Virus record (IMG/VR): IMGVR_UViG_3300033146_005170
Location: 10,015 to 74,014 of that record
Reading direction: 5' to 3' (one strand)
Length of the DNA stretch: 64,000 nt
From: a virus
Positions 9,675 through 18,757 of the stretch are shown here, piece after piece. Within the stretch, counting starts at the first letter, position 1; every line of letters starts with the position of its first letter. The position numbers and the translations under genes were made by a program. The notes under the pieces are model-generated. The model was given only the letters and a program-made list of their open reading frames with translations. It did not search any database and had not been told where the DNA came from.

Positions 9675-9813
9675 TTTTAATCCTTTTAGCATTAGCTTTA
9701 CGTCTGGCTTTTTCTTTACGCCTATTTTTCAACTTTCTTGTTCTAATCGATGGCCTAGTAAATACTGAGCCATCTGGTCTTTCTCTTCTACCTTTACCTT
9801 CTAGTTTTTTCAT
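9667..9813 (-). CDS. 48-aa very basic protein, not in ORF track
   Basis: MKKLEGKGRRERPDGSVFTRPSIRTRKLKNRRKEKARRKANAKRIKNG; ATGA overlap with upstream gene. Confidence 0.65.
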   Translation of the reverse strand: MKKLEGKGRRERPDGSVFTRPSIRTRKLKNRRKEKARRKANAKRIKNG

Positions 9814-10457
9814 ACTATACCTACTTTTTCAAAAGTTGCTTTAGAGTATCTAAAACCTTGTTTTGAAACAGTTCTTTCTACACCAATTTTAGTGATAATT
9901 TCCGTCATCTTATAGCCTTCTTTAGTCAGCTCTTTAATATAATCTGCAAAGGCAAATTTAGATGCTGGAGACAAAGAAATTTTTGTAAGCTTTTCGCCTT
10001 CATCAGCATAATCCCACTGAAAATAAATTTCATACCTAGCCTGAATTTTCATTTTTTCTGGCTCACCTGCTTTTGCTTTTTCTTCCATCAATAGCTCTTG
10101 CATTGATCGACCTGCAGTGTCAGTATGACCATCAAAACTTTCAGCAACTAGATTAGAACTTTCATCCCAAAGCTGCCATACAGGCTTGCCTCCTTCAATT
10201 ACTACTTCAATTGATGGATGAACACTATTGTCTGTTTTGTTAAGAAGTTCAGACCCATCAAGAATGAAGTAAGGCATAAAAGATGCAATTGTATCCAAAC
10301 CTTCGAACTCGGGATTTGCAGCTTGCATAGCTGAGCTTGAAGTAGCTGCTACTGGTGTAGCTGCATTTCCTGTAACCATTACTTCTGTAGCTGGTTGTTC
10401 ACTAACTTTTGTCTCTTCTGTTGCATTTACATCCAACTCTCTAATATCTCTAGCCAT
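9810..10457 (-). CDS. Putative single-stranded DNA-binding protein
   Basis: Acidic, beta-rich 215-aa protein heading the polymerase operon with its own promoter and SD; assignment mainly from context. Confidence 0.45.
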   Translation of the reverse strand: MARDIRELDVNATEETKVSEQPATEVMVTGNAATPVAATSSSAMQAANPEFEGLDTIASFMPYFILDGSELLNKTDNSVHPSIEVVIEGGKPVWQLWDESSNLVAESFDGHTDTAGRSMQELLMEEKAKAGEPEKMKIQARYEIYFQWDYADEGEKLTKISLSPASKFAFADYIKELTKEGYKMTEIITKIGVERTVSKQGFRYSKATFEKVGIV

Positions 10458-10523
10458 AACTAATCCTTAAAATAAATTTGTAGTGAAGTTCGAAAACTTC
10501 TCTATCAATTTATTTATAATAAT

Positions 10524-10554
10524 ATTATATCATAAGATTTATTATGAGTAACAC
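10524..10554 (-). promoter_or_regulatory. Promoter GTGTTAC-N18-TATAAT (TG extended -10)
   Basis: Member of the six-copy promoter family; upstream of the SSB/PolA operon. Confidence 0.7.
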
Positions 10555-10558
10555 AAAC

Positions 10559-11128
10559 TTAAATCTTTGCCATTAAATTAAATTTTAAGGCTATGACTAA
10601 TTTTTCTTTTGGACTAAGTTTTTTAAGTCCTCTTATAACAAAGTCAAAATTATCTTCTTGTTCTACTATTTCTAAAGTATCTTCTGTATTATGATCAATA
10701 TGATCTAGCTCAGTAAGCCCACACTTATCAGTTTGAAGTTCTAAAACTTGAATTATTAAATGTTTATTCATTCCTAACTCTTTAGCAATTAAATTAGCAT
10801 CAGGGATAAAATCATGAATTTTTGCAAAGTCTTCAATAAATTTGTAAACTTTAAATCTATTATAGACAATATGACTTGGCAGTTTTAATACTCTAGATCT
10901 AGAGGTAAGAGCATATGTAATAGCTTGTTTTATCCAAAAGCCTGCATAAGTAGAGAACTTAGTACCATAAGAAGGATCATAATGCTCTATAGCATTTAGT
11001 AAGCCAATACTACCTTCTTGAATAAGATCTTGAAAGTCTAAGCCTTTACTTGTTTTTCGATATTTATTAGCTATTATTTTCACTAAATATAAGTAATCTT
11101 CTACTAGGTCATTTATAAATGGGTCCAC
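10559..11128 (-). CDS. Phage sigma70-family factor (regions 2-3 and 4.1, lacking the region 4.2 HTH)
   Basis: DLIQEGSIGLLNAIEHYDP..GTKFSTYAGFWIKQAI = RpoD region 2; ends LSPKEKLVIALKFNLMAKI*. Confidence 0.9.
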   Translation of the reverse strand: MDPFINDLVEDYLYLVKIIANKYRKTSKGLDFQDLIQEGSIGLLNAIEHYDPSYGTKFSTYAGFWIKQAITYALTSRSRVLKLPSHIVYNRFKVYKFIEDFAKIHDFIPDANLIAKELGMNKHLIIQVLELQTDKCGLTELDHIDHNTEDTLEIVEQEDNFDFVIRGLKKLSPKEKLVIALKFNLMAKI

Positions 11129-12546
11129 TCTCTTATCTCCTTTTCAGTTATACGATTATCGAAAAATACAGATACTTCTTCTTTACCACTAAGAACTTGT
11201 TTAATAAAATCTATATTAGTTTTTATACCTCTAAATAAAGCTACTGCTGGTGTATTTTTAGCAATTAGAACAAAAATATTCACTTCCTCAGTTTGACCTG
11301 GTCTATGAACTCTATCTTGTCCTTGAAAAAATCCATCTACTTCATGATCAAGTTCAGCAAAAATTACATTATGAGCTTGTTGAAGATCTAGACCTACTCC
11401 TGCTGATTTAGGATTAGCCAAAAGGCATTGAACTTTTTTTGATTTAAAAAGTCTAACTGCTTCATCTTTCTTTTTAGCAGATACTCTTCCGTGTAATTCT
11501 GTAAAAGTTATTTTTTTATTTATAAGCAGCTCTTTCATTAAGTCCATATTAGCATGGAAATGTCCAAAAAGTATAAATTGTTCTGTACCTAAATCATCAA
11601 TTAAATTGCTTAAAACCTCCAAATAAGCTGATGGTTCTTTGGAATCTACTAACTTAGGATTAAACATAGCTCTTCTAGCTTCCATCATTAAAGCTGAGCC
11701 TTGTAAATAGACCAATTCTTTACTTACATCTTTAAGTTCTAAAAAGCCAAAACTAATAAGTTCACGTAGATTTTTTTCATGCTTTTCAGCTAAACTAAAC
11801 TGCTTTATAATCAGTCTTTTTTTAGGCAAGTCTTTTAAAACATCTTTTTTTAATAGTCTTCTACTAAATTTATTTAGCATATTACCTAATTCTGTTAGTC
11901 TTCTCCAACCAGTTATCAAAGGAAAACCATCTTTACCTTTACCCCTAATGACATGAATTCTTTCAAAGTTCTTTTTAGTCACATAAACTGCAGGTTTTAT
12001 TAATTGAAAAATATGAAATAAATCTCTTGGATCTTTAGTTAAAGGTGTACCATTCATTACAGTGACATACTTTGCTTTAAAGGCTAAAGCTTGAACTACA
12101 CCAAAACGATTCATTCTACCTGTAGAAGTAGATCTTTTGACTTCTCCAATTTTTACATTTTTAGATTCATCTATGGTAACAATATTCCAGGGAAATTTTT
12201 TAAGCTTTTCATAGTCTCTTACAACTAAATCATAGCTTATAATAACAATATTATGAGCCTCAATATTAAGTTTAGAACGTTGTTTAATTGTACCTTTATA
12301 CTTTAAAGCTTTTAAATTAGTATCAAAATACTCATAAATTTTATCATACCAAGTATCTAGCAATATTGGAGGTACAATTACTAAAGCCTTGCCACCTTCA
12401 GTCTCTAAAACATAAGTAATTAGTAAAAGAGCTCCAAAAGTTTTACCAACTCCAGGATCATGTAAAAGAGCTCCTTTTTGTTTATGTAAAAGATATTTAA
12501 AATCTTCTAACTGATAGTCATATGGATCTAATTTTATCTTAGTCAT
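11113..12546 (-). CDS. SNF2-family (SF2) helicase
   Basis: YDYQ, DPGVGKT, IDES, GTP, GVGLDLQ, QGQDRVHRPGQ. Confidence 0.9.
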   Translation of the reverse strand: MTKIKLDPYDYQLEDFKYLLHKQKGALLHDPGVGKTFGALLLITYVLETEGGKALVIVPPILLDTWYDKIYEYFDTNLKALKYKGTIKQRSKLNIEAHNIVIISYDLVVRDYEKLKKFPWNIVTIDESKNVKIGEVKRSTSTGRMNRFGVVQALAFKAKYVTVMNGTPLTKDPRDLFHIFQLIKPAVYVTKKNFERIHVIRGKGKDGFPLITGWRRLTELGNMLNKFSRRLLKKDVLKDLPKKRLIIKQFSLAEKHEKNLRELISFGFLELKDVSKELVYLQGSALMMEARRAMFNPKLVDSKEPSAYLEVLSNLIDDLGTEQFILFGHFHANMDLMKELLINKKITFTELHGRVSAKKKDEAVRLFKSKKVQCLLANPKSAGVGLDLQQAHNVIFAELDHEVDGFFQGQDRVHRPGQTEEVNIFVLIAKNTPAVALFRGIKTNIDFIKQVLSGKEEVSVFFDNRITEKEIREWTHL

Positions 12547-12548
12547 AG

Positions 12549-15293
12549 TTACTCCATAAAATTATCTAATACAATATTCTCTTTAGAGGCTAGATAAGTA
12601 TTAATGCCTATAATAGCTCTATGCTTACCTTTTATAATCTTATCAGATCTATGAATCTTAACAGTTACATAAGACTTTTTAGACATTTGAGAGGCAAAGC
12701 TAACTCTATCTGTTAAATATACACTAATCTTATTTTTATGAATATAGGCAGATAGATTATTATAGCAAGCCATAATATCTAAATAGAGTATTCCATTTTC
12801 AATAAGATAATGCCTATCTTTCATGAGTATCAAATCTCCAACAGTGATATTCATAAGATCTGCTATATCATTCATAATTGTAAGACTTTGAGCTATGTCA
12901 TCCATTGATTTCATTTCTTGATAAACAAGATTAGCTTCAGAAGTACAACTTTTAATATAGCTATTCATAGCAACTTGCATTTTGTCTACAAGAGCTTCAT
13001 CACTAGTATAAAGTAAAACATACTGCTGCAGGTAGTCCATTACAGTGATTAGATTGGCTATATTCCTTCTAGGACGATTTTCAAATACTTGCTTATATTT
13101 ATTTTCTAGATCTTTGTCATAAGCAAGAATTTTGTCTACAAATTCTTCAGGTCTTATGCGCATAACAAATTCTAAAAAATGAGCACCAATAATTTCTACA
13201 TTAAGTCGTTTCATATTTTCTAAAGCTTCAGATCTTCTTTTTGTATGTGTTACTTTATCCATATGAATTAAAATAATTCTATCTTGAACTGCACCTTCAT
13301 TTATTTGTTGCTCACCAATTATTGCTAAAGGAGCTAGGAAAGGTGTTTCTTCTATAGTTCTAGACCTGGTACCTCTAGATTCAAAACTTTTATTATAAGA
13401 AGCTCTAATAGCTTGAGATACTTGACCTTCTTCTCCTCTTTTAGAAGTATTTGCAGAAGGCTTAAATTCATCAAAAATTAAAGGCATAAGATTAGTTGAG
13501 CTACAAAATTTATTCATAGAGAAAGCTGTAGTTGAGCTAATGCTAGGAAAAGAAGGTCTTTCTGGTGCAAACAGTCTATGTAGTTGTAACATTGTTTGAG
13601 TTTTACCAGAGCCGTGAGTACCTGTTACAAATAAACTTGGCATAGGCTCATTTAAAGTCATACAATGTGGACTAAAGAAAGCTGAAAAGAACCAAGTAGT
13701 TAAAGGTACTATTACTTCATTTGCATTCATATCTAAAAAAGTATTAAAGAAAGTAATTATCTGATCTGCTCTAGGTGGTTCTGTAGAAGTAAAATTCAAT
13801 TTAGTCCTAGTAGTGACAGAAGAATCTGTAGTAGACTTAATCTTATCAATAGTATTGTTTAAAGACATAGAGCCTTCATGAGTTACATAGTGCCATTCAT
13901 CTTTATACCAATATAAACCAGTATAGCTTATCTCCCTTATCTTTTTGTGATCACTTTCGTGCATGATAGCTAGTTTTAGCATCTGTAAATCCTTATCTGT
14001 TCCAACATAGGCCATTCGCATTCCACAAAGTTTAGCAAATAATGCTCTAGAAGTAAAAGCCTCATCTGTAAATTCTTTTATTTCATCTTGACAACTAGGA
14101 CTACTAAATTTAGCCAAAAACTTACTCTTGTCTTCATAGCTAGCGTCCATTTTAACAGTCTCAGAAATTAATTCAATAGTAAAGTTTGAAAGTCTTCTTG
14201 GAGCATCTTCTAGACCTTCTCCTATATAGTAGTACTCTCCATCTTTAATCAATATACCTTCGTATACTGAAGCATTTGCTTCTCCTGTTTTAATTTCACA
14301 AGAGTTACAATCTACGTTATCTACACAACTAAGCATCATTTTGCAACCAAATTTAAACTTATCTGGTGCTTCTTTAGCATAGTCATATAGACCTCTAAAA
14401 TGTTGTTCAAAAGCAGTAGGTGTCTTATACTGCGTAGATCTATAAGTTTGAATAAACATTCTATTATAAGAAACTATCTGATCAATTGTCCAACCTTTAG
14501 CAATACCGTAGCTAATAGCTTGCATAGTAAGTAAATTACTGTTTACATTACCTTTAATATCAGAGTTTTCAGCTAGCTTTCTTACACAAATAGGTGTAGC
14601 AGTTTCTAGTACGACATTATCTGGTACTGGTTTACCTATTTTAACTAGATCAACTAATTTTTTAGTAGATTGAAACCAAGAAACAAGCAGTTCATTTTTC
14701 TTATTCTTTTTAAATTTAGGTGGATATTCTCCAGGCTTAGTAACTAGCTGTTTAATTTGATCAGCAGTTATACCATTAAAAAGAGCCTCAGGTATCCAAA
14801 CCTTATAGTTACCATTTTCTCTTTTTACATTTGTACGGCGCCATTGTCGTCCTTTACCTTGAGAATAAACAGCTAAATCTAGAGAACTAATAGTTGGTAA
14901 ACTATCATTGAGCCTAATAGCTAAATTTTTATATCTTAAAGGTAGAGCTTTTACAAACTTAGGATCCATATATAAATTAGGGTTTAGTTCAAAATGAAAA
15001 CCTTTACCACCACTGGCGTAAATTCTATAGTCTTCAGCTTCTAAATGATATGTAGCCTTAAAATAAGCTAATACTTCTCTAAGATCAGCTAAAGCTTCAG
15101 TTAAATTAGGGCTATCAAAATCTAAATAAAAAGGTCCCCAATACTCTTGCTCTTCTCCACTTGCTTCTACATCCTCTTGTCTATATTTTACGTATAATAC
15201 AGACTCATATTTAGCATTTTCTGGAATTTGCTCTTCAGGTACGCATTTCCACTTCTCTTTATGCTCAATATGGTAATATTTTAAACTGTGCAT
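12549..15293 (-). CDS. Primase-helicase: AEP primase, Cys-rich domain and C-terminal P-loop ATPase
   Basis: YLDFD and SGGKGFH (AEP motifs), PIC...CKMMLSC...CNSC, GTHGSGKT, FDEFK. Confidence 0.85.
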   Translation of the reverse strand: MHSLKYYHIEHKEKWKCVPEEQIPENAKYESVLYVKYRQEDVEASGEEQEYWGPFYLDFDSPNLTEALADLREVLAYFKATYHLEAEDYRIYASGGKGFHFELNPNLYMDPKFVKALPLRYKNLAIRLNDSLPTISSLDLAVYSQGKGRQWRRTNVKRENGNYKVWIPEALFNGITADQIKQLVTKPGEYPPKFKKNKKNELLVSWFQSTKKLVDLVKIGKPVPDNVVLETATPICVRKLAENSDIKGNVNSNLLTMQAISYGIAKGWTIDQIVSYNRMFIQTYRSTQYKTPTAFEQHFRGLYDYAKEAPDKFKFGCKMMLSCVDNVDCNSCEIKTGEANASVYEGILIKDGEYYYIGEGLEDAPRRLSNFTIELISETVKMDASYEDKSKFLAKFSSPSCQDEIKEFTDEAFTSRALFAKLCGMRMAYVGTDKDLQMLKLAIMHESDHKKIREISYTGLYWYKDEWHYVTHEGSMSLNNTIDKIKSTTDSSVTTRTKLNFTSTEPPRADQIITFFNTFLDMNANEVIVPLTTWFFSAFFSPHCMTLNEPMPSLFVTGTHGSGKTQTMLQLHRLFAPERPSFPSISSTTAFSMNKFCSSTNLMPLIFDEFKPSANTSKRGEEGQVSQAIRASYNKSFESRGTRSRTIEETPFLAPLAIIGEQQINEGAVQDRIILIHMDKVTHTKRRSEALENMKRLNVEIIGAHFLEFVMRIRPEEFVDKILAYDKDLENKYKQVFENRPRRNIANLITVMDYLQQYVLLYTSDEALVDKMQVAMNSYIKSCTSEANLVYQEMKSMDDIAQSLTIMNDIADLMNITVGDLILMKDRHYLIENGILYLDIMACYNNLSAYIHKNKISVYLTDRVSFASQMSKKSYVTVKIHRSDKIIKGKHRAIIGINTYLASKENIVLDNFME

Positions 15294-15305
15294 TTATTTA
15301 CCCCA

Positions 15306-15878
15306 TTATAAAGGTAGACGACTAGTTTGTACCTTTAGATATGTATCTTCTAAATAGTTATAAGTTTCTTCAAAAGTCCAAGCTTTATCTAGACAGTGTA
15401 CTAAAAAAGCATTATCTTCAATAGGCTGGAGATTAGTACCCCAGTTTTTAAAGTATTCTCCTTGCTTATAGCCATAATCTTGACGAAGTTTATTTAAAGC
15501 TTGTTTACCAAGAATATAATTAACAACTGCCGGATTTTGATTAACTATTAACCTAATAGCTTGATTATATTGATCTGTAGTAAAGGTGTAGGTTAGCTTT
15601 CTAAGAAAAAGGTAATCAGACTCTGCTGGTGCAAGCTCTATAATCGGCTTAAGAGGTTGCTTTTTGTAATAGGCAACATTAATTATAAAGATAACTATAT
15701 CTGCCATTTCAATTAGGATATTTAACTCGTCTCTGTCTACTTTTTTCCAGTCAGCATAACCTAAACTAGCAGTTAGTTCTCCAATTTCTTCTAAACCTGC
15801 AAGCCACATTACTTCAGCATTAGAGTCCATAGTCTTTTGCCAAGCAAATTGTCTTGTGATTATATCTGAAATATTCAT
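15306..15878 (-). CDS. dut: Dimeric all-alpha dUTPase (possible dCTPase)
   Basis: EEIGE, WK, EMAD, and K..LN.LRQ..GYK.G.Y.K.W...EDN as recalled for the Campylobacter dimeric dUTPase. Confidence 0.85.
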   Translation of the reverse strand: MNISDIITRQFAWQKTMDSNAEVMWLAGLEEIGELTASLGYADWKKVDRDELNILIEMADIVIFIINVAYYKKQPLKPIIELAPAESDYLFLRKLTYTFTTDQYNQAIRLIVNQNPAVVNYILGKQALNKLRQDYGYKQGEYFKNWGTNLQPIEDNAFLVHCLDKAWTFEETYNYLEDTYLKVQTSRLPL

Positions 15879-15966
15879 TATTTATCCTTTAATATGTATA
15901 TTAAAATATTATATAATAAGCTATAAAATAAGATGTACGAAGAGAAAAATTAGGGAGTCAAAAAAG

Positions 15967-16040
15967 AGGGTGGAGCAGCCAAACCTTTTTAGGGTTAATT
16001 TATTTTATCGCCAAACAAACTTAAATTTAAGCTCCACCCC
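15967..16040 (-). ncRNA. Candidate small structured RNA / complex terminator
   Basis: GGGTGGAGC/GCTCCACCC 9-bp closing stem around about 54 nt with inner hairpins, followed by a U-rich tract on the minus strand. Confidence 0.35.
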
Positions 16041-16076
16041 TTATAGTGTAATTAAAAGAACATGGCTAGTTTAATG

Positions 16077-16250
16077 TCATTTACCTTTCGGACAGCGCTC
16101 TCCATAACAAGGATCATTACCAACAAGAACTTCTGGAGTTTGATTTAAAAGTCCTCGTAAGTATCTCCACATAGGAAGCCTTCTTTTTTTGGCTTCCTTC
16201 TGTAAAATTTCTTTTAATTCTACAGGAATGGCTATATGAGTATATTTCAT
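16077..16250 (-). CDS. 57-aa ribbon-helix-helix (CopG/Arc-like) DNA-binding protein, not in ORF track
   Basis: MKYTHIAIPVELKEILQKEAKKRRLPMWRYLRGLL: alternating beta strand then two helices; ATGA overlap. Confidence 0.65.
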   Translation of the reverse strand: MKYTHIAIPVELKEILQKEAKKRRLPMWRYLRGLLNQTPEVLVGNDPCYGERCPKGK

Positions 16251-16618
16251 TTAAAAAAATCCTTTAAAGAACTTAATTTTTTAGCTGGCTTAATAAACTC
16301 AGCTCTTTTATAGAAAGTACCTTTTTTAGATTCATTCCAACAAGAACTGTCAATATGAAAAGTACTATCTTTATTTATTACAAAAGCAAAGTCAAGATTA
16401 TTCATACTTCTTACAAATCTAGCATTGCCTTTACGAATTTGTATAAAACAACCTTCTTTAAGAGCCTTATCTATTTTATCTGAAGATAGAATAGAAATTT
16501 TAACAGGCTCTTGATTAAAATTTTGAATTACTTCTTTTCTTAAAATGAAGGTATTTAAAACTAGAGCATAGACTATTAATATGACAATAATTACTGATTT
16601 CATATCAGTCTCCTGCAC
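16247..16618 (-). CDS. Membrane-anchored hypothetical protein
   Basis: N-terminal hydrophobic segment. Confidence 0.6.
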   Translation of the reverse strand: MQETDMKSVIIVILIVYALVLNTFILRKEVIQNFNQEPVKISILSSDKIDKALKEGCFIQIRKGNARFVRSMNNLDFAFVINKDSTFHIDSSCWNESKKGTFYKRAEFIKPAKKLSSLKDFFK

Positions 16619-17681
16619 TTACACATTCATTATAAGGTATACCTTGGCCCTGAGCTAAGCATTCTGCTTCTGTACGTTTATCAGCACAACAGTGTTTATG
16701 AAAACTGTCGTGAATTTCTCTACGTACTTCATAACCCTCATAGTCTTTAAAGCATTTAACCATTGGACCTCTATAATATACGTGATCATCAACATGATCA
16801 ATAACTGTAAGATTCCAATCACCTACACCAGAATAATTTTTTACTATTTGCTTTCCATCATAGACTAAAGTAACTTTATTAGTTGCTTTATTTCTGTCCC
16901 ATTTATATCTAGAAGTATAAGCAGCATAGTGTGTTTGATTATCTGCACAGATGCAAGGTTCAGGCTCTGGACAAAAATCTACTTTCTTAACATTAAGATA
17001 ATCTAAAGCTGTATAAGTAGTAAGGGTAGATTGTTCATCACCAAACATAACATACATAATATCAGCTAAAGCTTTAAATCTAAATACGGTGGTATTACTA
17101 TCATAAGGATTAAAACCGTCTTGCCAACTCCATTGATAAGGTGCATTTATATAAGTATTTGGGGTTTCTGAAACAGCTAGTCTTATAGTATTAGAAACTA
17201 CAGCGGCTACTTTAGCTCTAAGTTCATACCAGCTATCTTTTTCAAGATTTAGTCTTTTATGAGCTATTCTTTTACCATTATATTTATAAGAACAATTAAG
17301 CTCGCCATTCTCTACTGTAAGAATTGCGTTTTCAGGTTCCCAGTCTAGTAAAGTTTGGTTTTTGTCGTCAAAGGTAGTATAATAAACATACCTAGGTTCT
17401 GTATTATTACAATCGGGAGGCTCCGGACAATCTGGTGGTTCAGGACAAGTACAATTGCATTCTGGTGGTTCAGGACAAGTACAGTTGCATTCTGGTGGTT
17501 CAGGACAATCTGGCTCATTAAAAGTAAGCCAATTAATTTGGTCTATAATCTGCTCTAAAGAGGAACTATAGCTTAAAGTAGTTCTAGGGCCTAAAGTTAT
17601 AGGATTTATAAAGTATAAGCTTAAAGCTACAAGAAAAAAGGTTGCAATAGCGCCAAATAAGAAGTTTTTCATTGGTAACAC
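16605..17681 (-). CDS. Exported/membrane-anchored Cys-Pro repeat protein with putative carbohydrate-binding beta-sandwich
   Basis: N-terminal TM/signal; CPEPPECNCT tandem repeats; TFD....W...L....WYEL...V pattern resembling CBM/galactose-binding folds. Confidence 0.6.
   Translation of the reverse strand: MLPMKNFLFGAIATFFLVALSLYFINPITLGPRTTLSYSSSLEQIIDQINWLTFNEPDCPEPPECNCTCPEPPECNCTCPEPPDCPEPPDCNNTEPRYVYYTTFDDKNQTLLDWEPENAILTVENGELNCSYKYNGKRIAHKRLNLEKDSWYELRAKVAAVVSNTIRLAVSETPNTYINAPYQWSWQDGFNPYDSNTTVFRFKALADIMYVMFGDEQSTLTTYTALDYLNVKKVDFCPEPEPCICADNQTHYAAYTSRYKWDRNKATNKVTLVYDGKQIVKNYSGVGDWNLTVIDHVDDHVYYRGPMVKCFKDYEGYEVRREIHDSFHKHCCADKRTEAECLAQGQGIPYNECVSAGD
17412..17515 (-). repeat. Tandem coding repeat (CPEPPEC/CNCT units)
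   Basis: tctggtggttcaggacaa repeated at 18/30-bp spacing. Confidence 0.85.
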
Positions 17682-17696
17682 CTATTAAAGGAATTA

Positions 17697-17714
17697 AGAG
17701 CCTAAAAAGGCTCT
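17697..17714 (-). terminator. Hairpin AGAGCCT-tttt-AGGCTCT
   Basis: 7-bp perfect stem at the 3' side of the ncRNA candidate. Confidence 0.5.
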
Positions 17715-17720
17715 AAAGGA

Positions 17721-17917
17721 GATAGTAAATGCACAAAACTTGAGGAGAAGGCACTTACCGCCAGCACTAGTTTAAAGCAAGAAAAAAGACTGCACTGGGC
17801 GGTTGTGGGGTGTGGTAACTTGCTATTCTCAAGAAAATACCAGCCGTTGAGTAGGCAGCAAAAAATATCAAAAAACGCCTATAGTTACTCTTACCATCGT
17901 GAAGTGATTGACACCCC
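17721..17917 (-). ncRNA. Candidate multi-helix structured non-coding RNA
   Basis: GC-rich intergenic stretch with several complementary segments whose G-U pairs work only on the minus strand. Confidence 0.5.
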
Positions 17918-17923
17918 TAAACA

Positions 17924-17943
17924 TGAAGCCTAAGAAGGCTTCA
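17924..17943 (-). terminator. Hairpin TGAAGCC-ttctta-GGCTTCA
   Basis: Perfect 7-bp stem just after the stop of 17956..18495. Confidence 0.5.
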
Positions 17944-17955
17944 CTATTAGAAGTG

Positions 17956-18495
17956 TTAAACTTCTTTAGGAGTCTCTTCAGCCTCAGCATCAGGAGCATC
18001 AGGAGCATCTTCAGGAATACCTGCTGGCTCTTCATTATTTGTTTCAGGATTAGGATCCTCAACTTTTTTCTTTCTAGCTCTAGCCACAACCGGACGGCCT
18101 TTGCTTTTCAACCAATTTGCATACCAAGCAATAGAATTTGAGGTAGTCTCAACGCCTTCAGTTTCTTTCAGGTACCTAGCAAGTTCCGTATAGCTAAGTT
18201 CTGCCAAACTTTCATCTTGCAGTACTTTTATAGTATGATAAGCTTTTGTATTAGGATTCTCTCCTAGGGAGCCTCGCTTTGTCTTTTTAACGATAACGCC
18301 CTCATCATCAAGAGCAAAACCATTCTCATCTAGAAATTCTACCATAGCCTCTCGATCATCAATCTCATTATAATGATTAACGATTTTTTCCATCAGACGT
18401 TCTTTTGAGTCCTTGTCTTCCACCTCTAGCCCTAAACCAGCTGCTCTAGCTATCAACTGTACTTTTGTCATAGTATTTCCTTTTATGTTTTTCAA
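17956..18495 (-). CDS. Putative HTH DNA-binding protein with acidic Pro/Ala tail (paralogue of 26533..26874)
   Basis: LSYTELARYL...ETTSNSIAWY; likely start at MTKVQ after the AAGGA SD. Confidence 0.6.
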   Translation of the reverse strand: MKNIKGNTMTKVQLIARAAGLGLEVEDKDSKERLMEKIVNHYNEIDDREAMVEFLDENGFALDDEGVIVKKTKRGSLGENPNTKAYHTIKVLQDESLAELSYTELARYLKETEGVETTSNSIAWYANWLKSKGRPVVARARKKKVEDPNPETNNEEPAGIPEDAPDAPDAEAEETPKEV

Positions 18496-18519
18496 AGTTA
18501 CTTTAGCTTTGATATTATT

Positions 18520-18550
18520 ATTATAACGTGAGTTTTAATACAAGTTACAC
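18520..18550 (-). promoter_or_regulatory. Promoter GTGTAAC-N18-TATAAT
   Basis: Six-copy promoter family. Confidence 0.72.
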
Positions 18551-18553
18551 AAT

Positions 18554-18757
18554 TCAAAATTTATCATTTTGAACTAGTCTTACTATAGCTTCATATACCT
18601 CCTTTGCATAGTTGCTTTTTTCAAAAAACCAATTTGACTCTCCAGCGGCAGTGATGAACTTAATACTTTTATCAAGCTGAATTATCTCAACTGCCAGATT
18701 CAAATTAAAAATATTTTTATCATTATATGGGTTTACAAACCAGCCATTAAATTTCAT
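18554..18757 (-). CDS. Hypothetical protein
   Basis: ORF track. Confidence 0.6.
   Translation of the reverse strand: MKFNGWFVNPYNDKNIFNLNLAVEIIQLDKSIKFITAAGESNWFFEKSNYAKEVYEAIVRLVQNDKF

Noticed and set aside
10440-10560. Frameshifted continuation of sigma region 4.2
   Set aside because: The downstream sequence is AT-rich with stop codons, contains the next promoter, and shows no HTH-like reading
15967-17917. Canonical tRNA or tmRNA genes
   Set aside because: Acceptor-like stems are present but there is no TTCRA T-loop, D-loop GG or tag reading frame; kept only as unknown ncRNA candidates
17868-18141. ORFs 17868..18089 (-) and 17908..18141 (+)
   Set aside because: Alternative-frame and antisense shadows of 17956..18495
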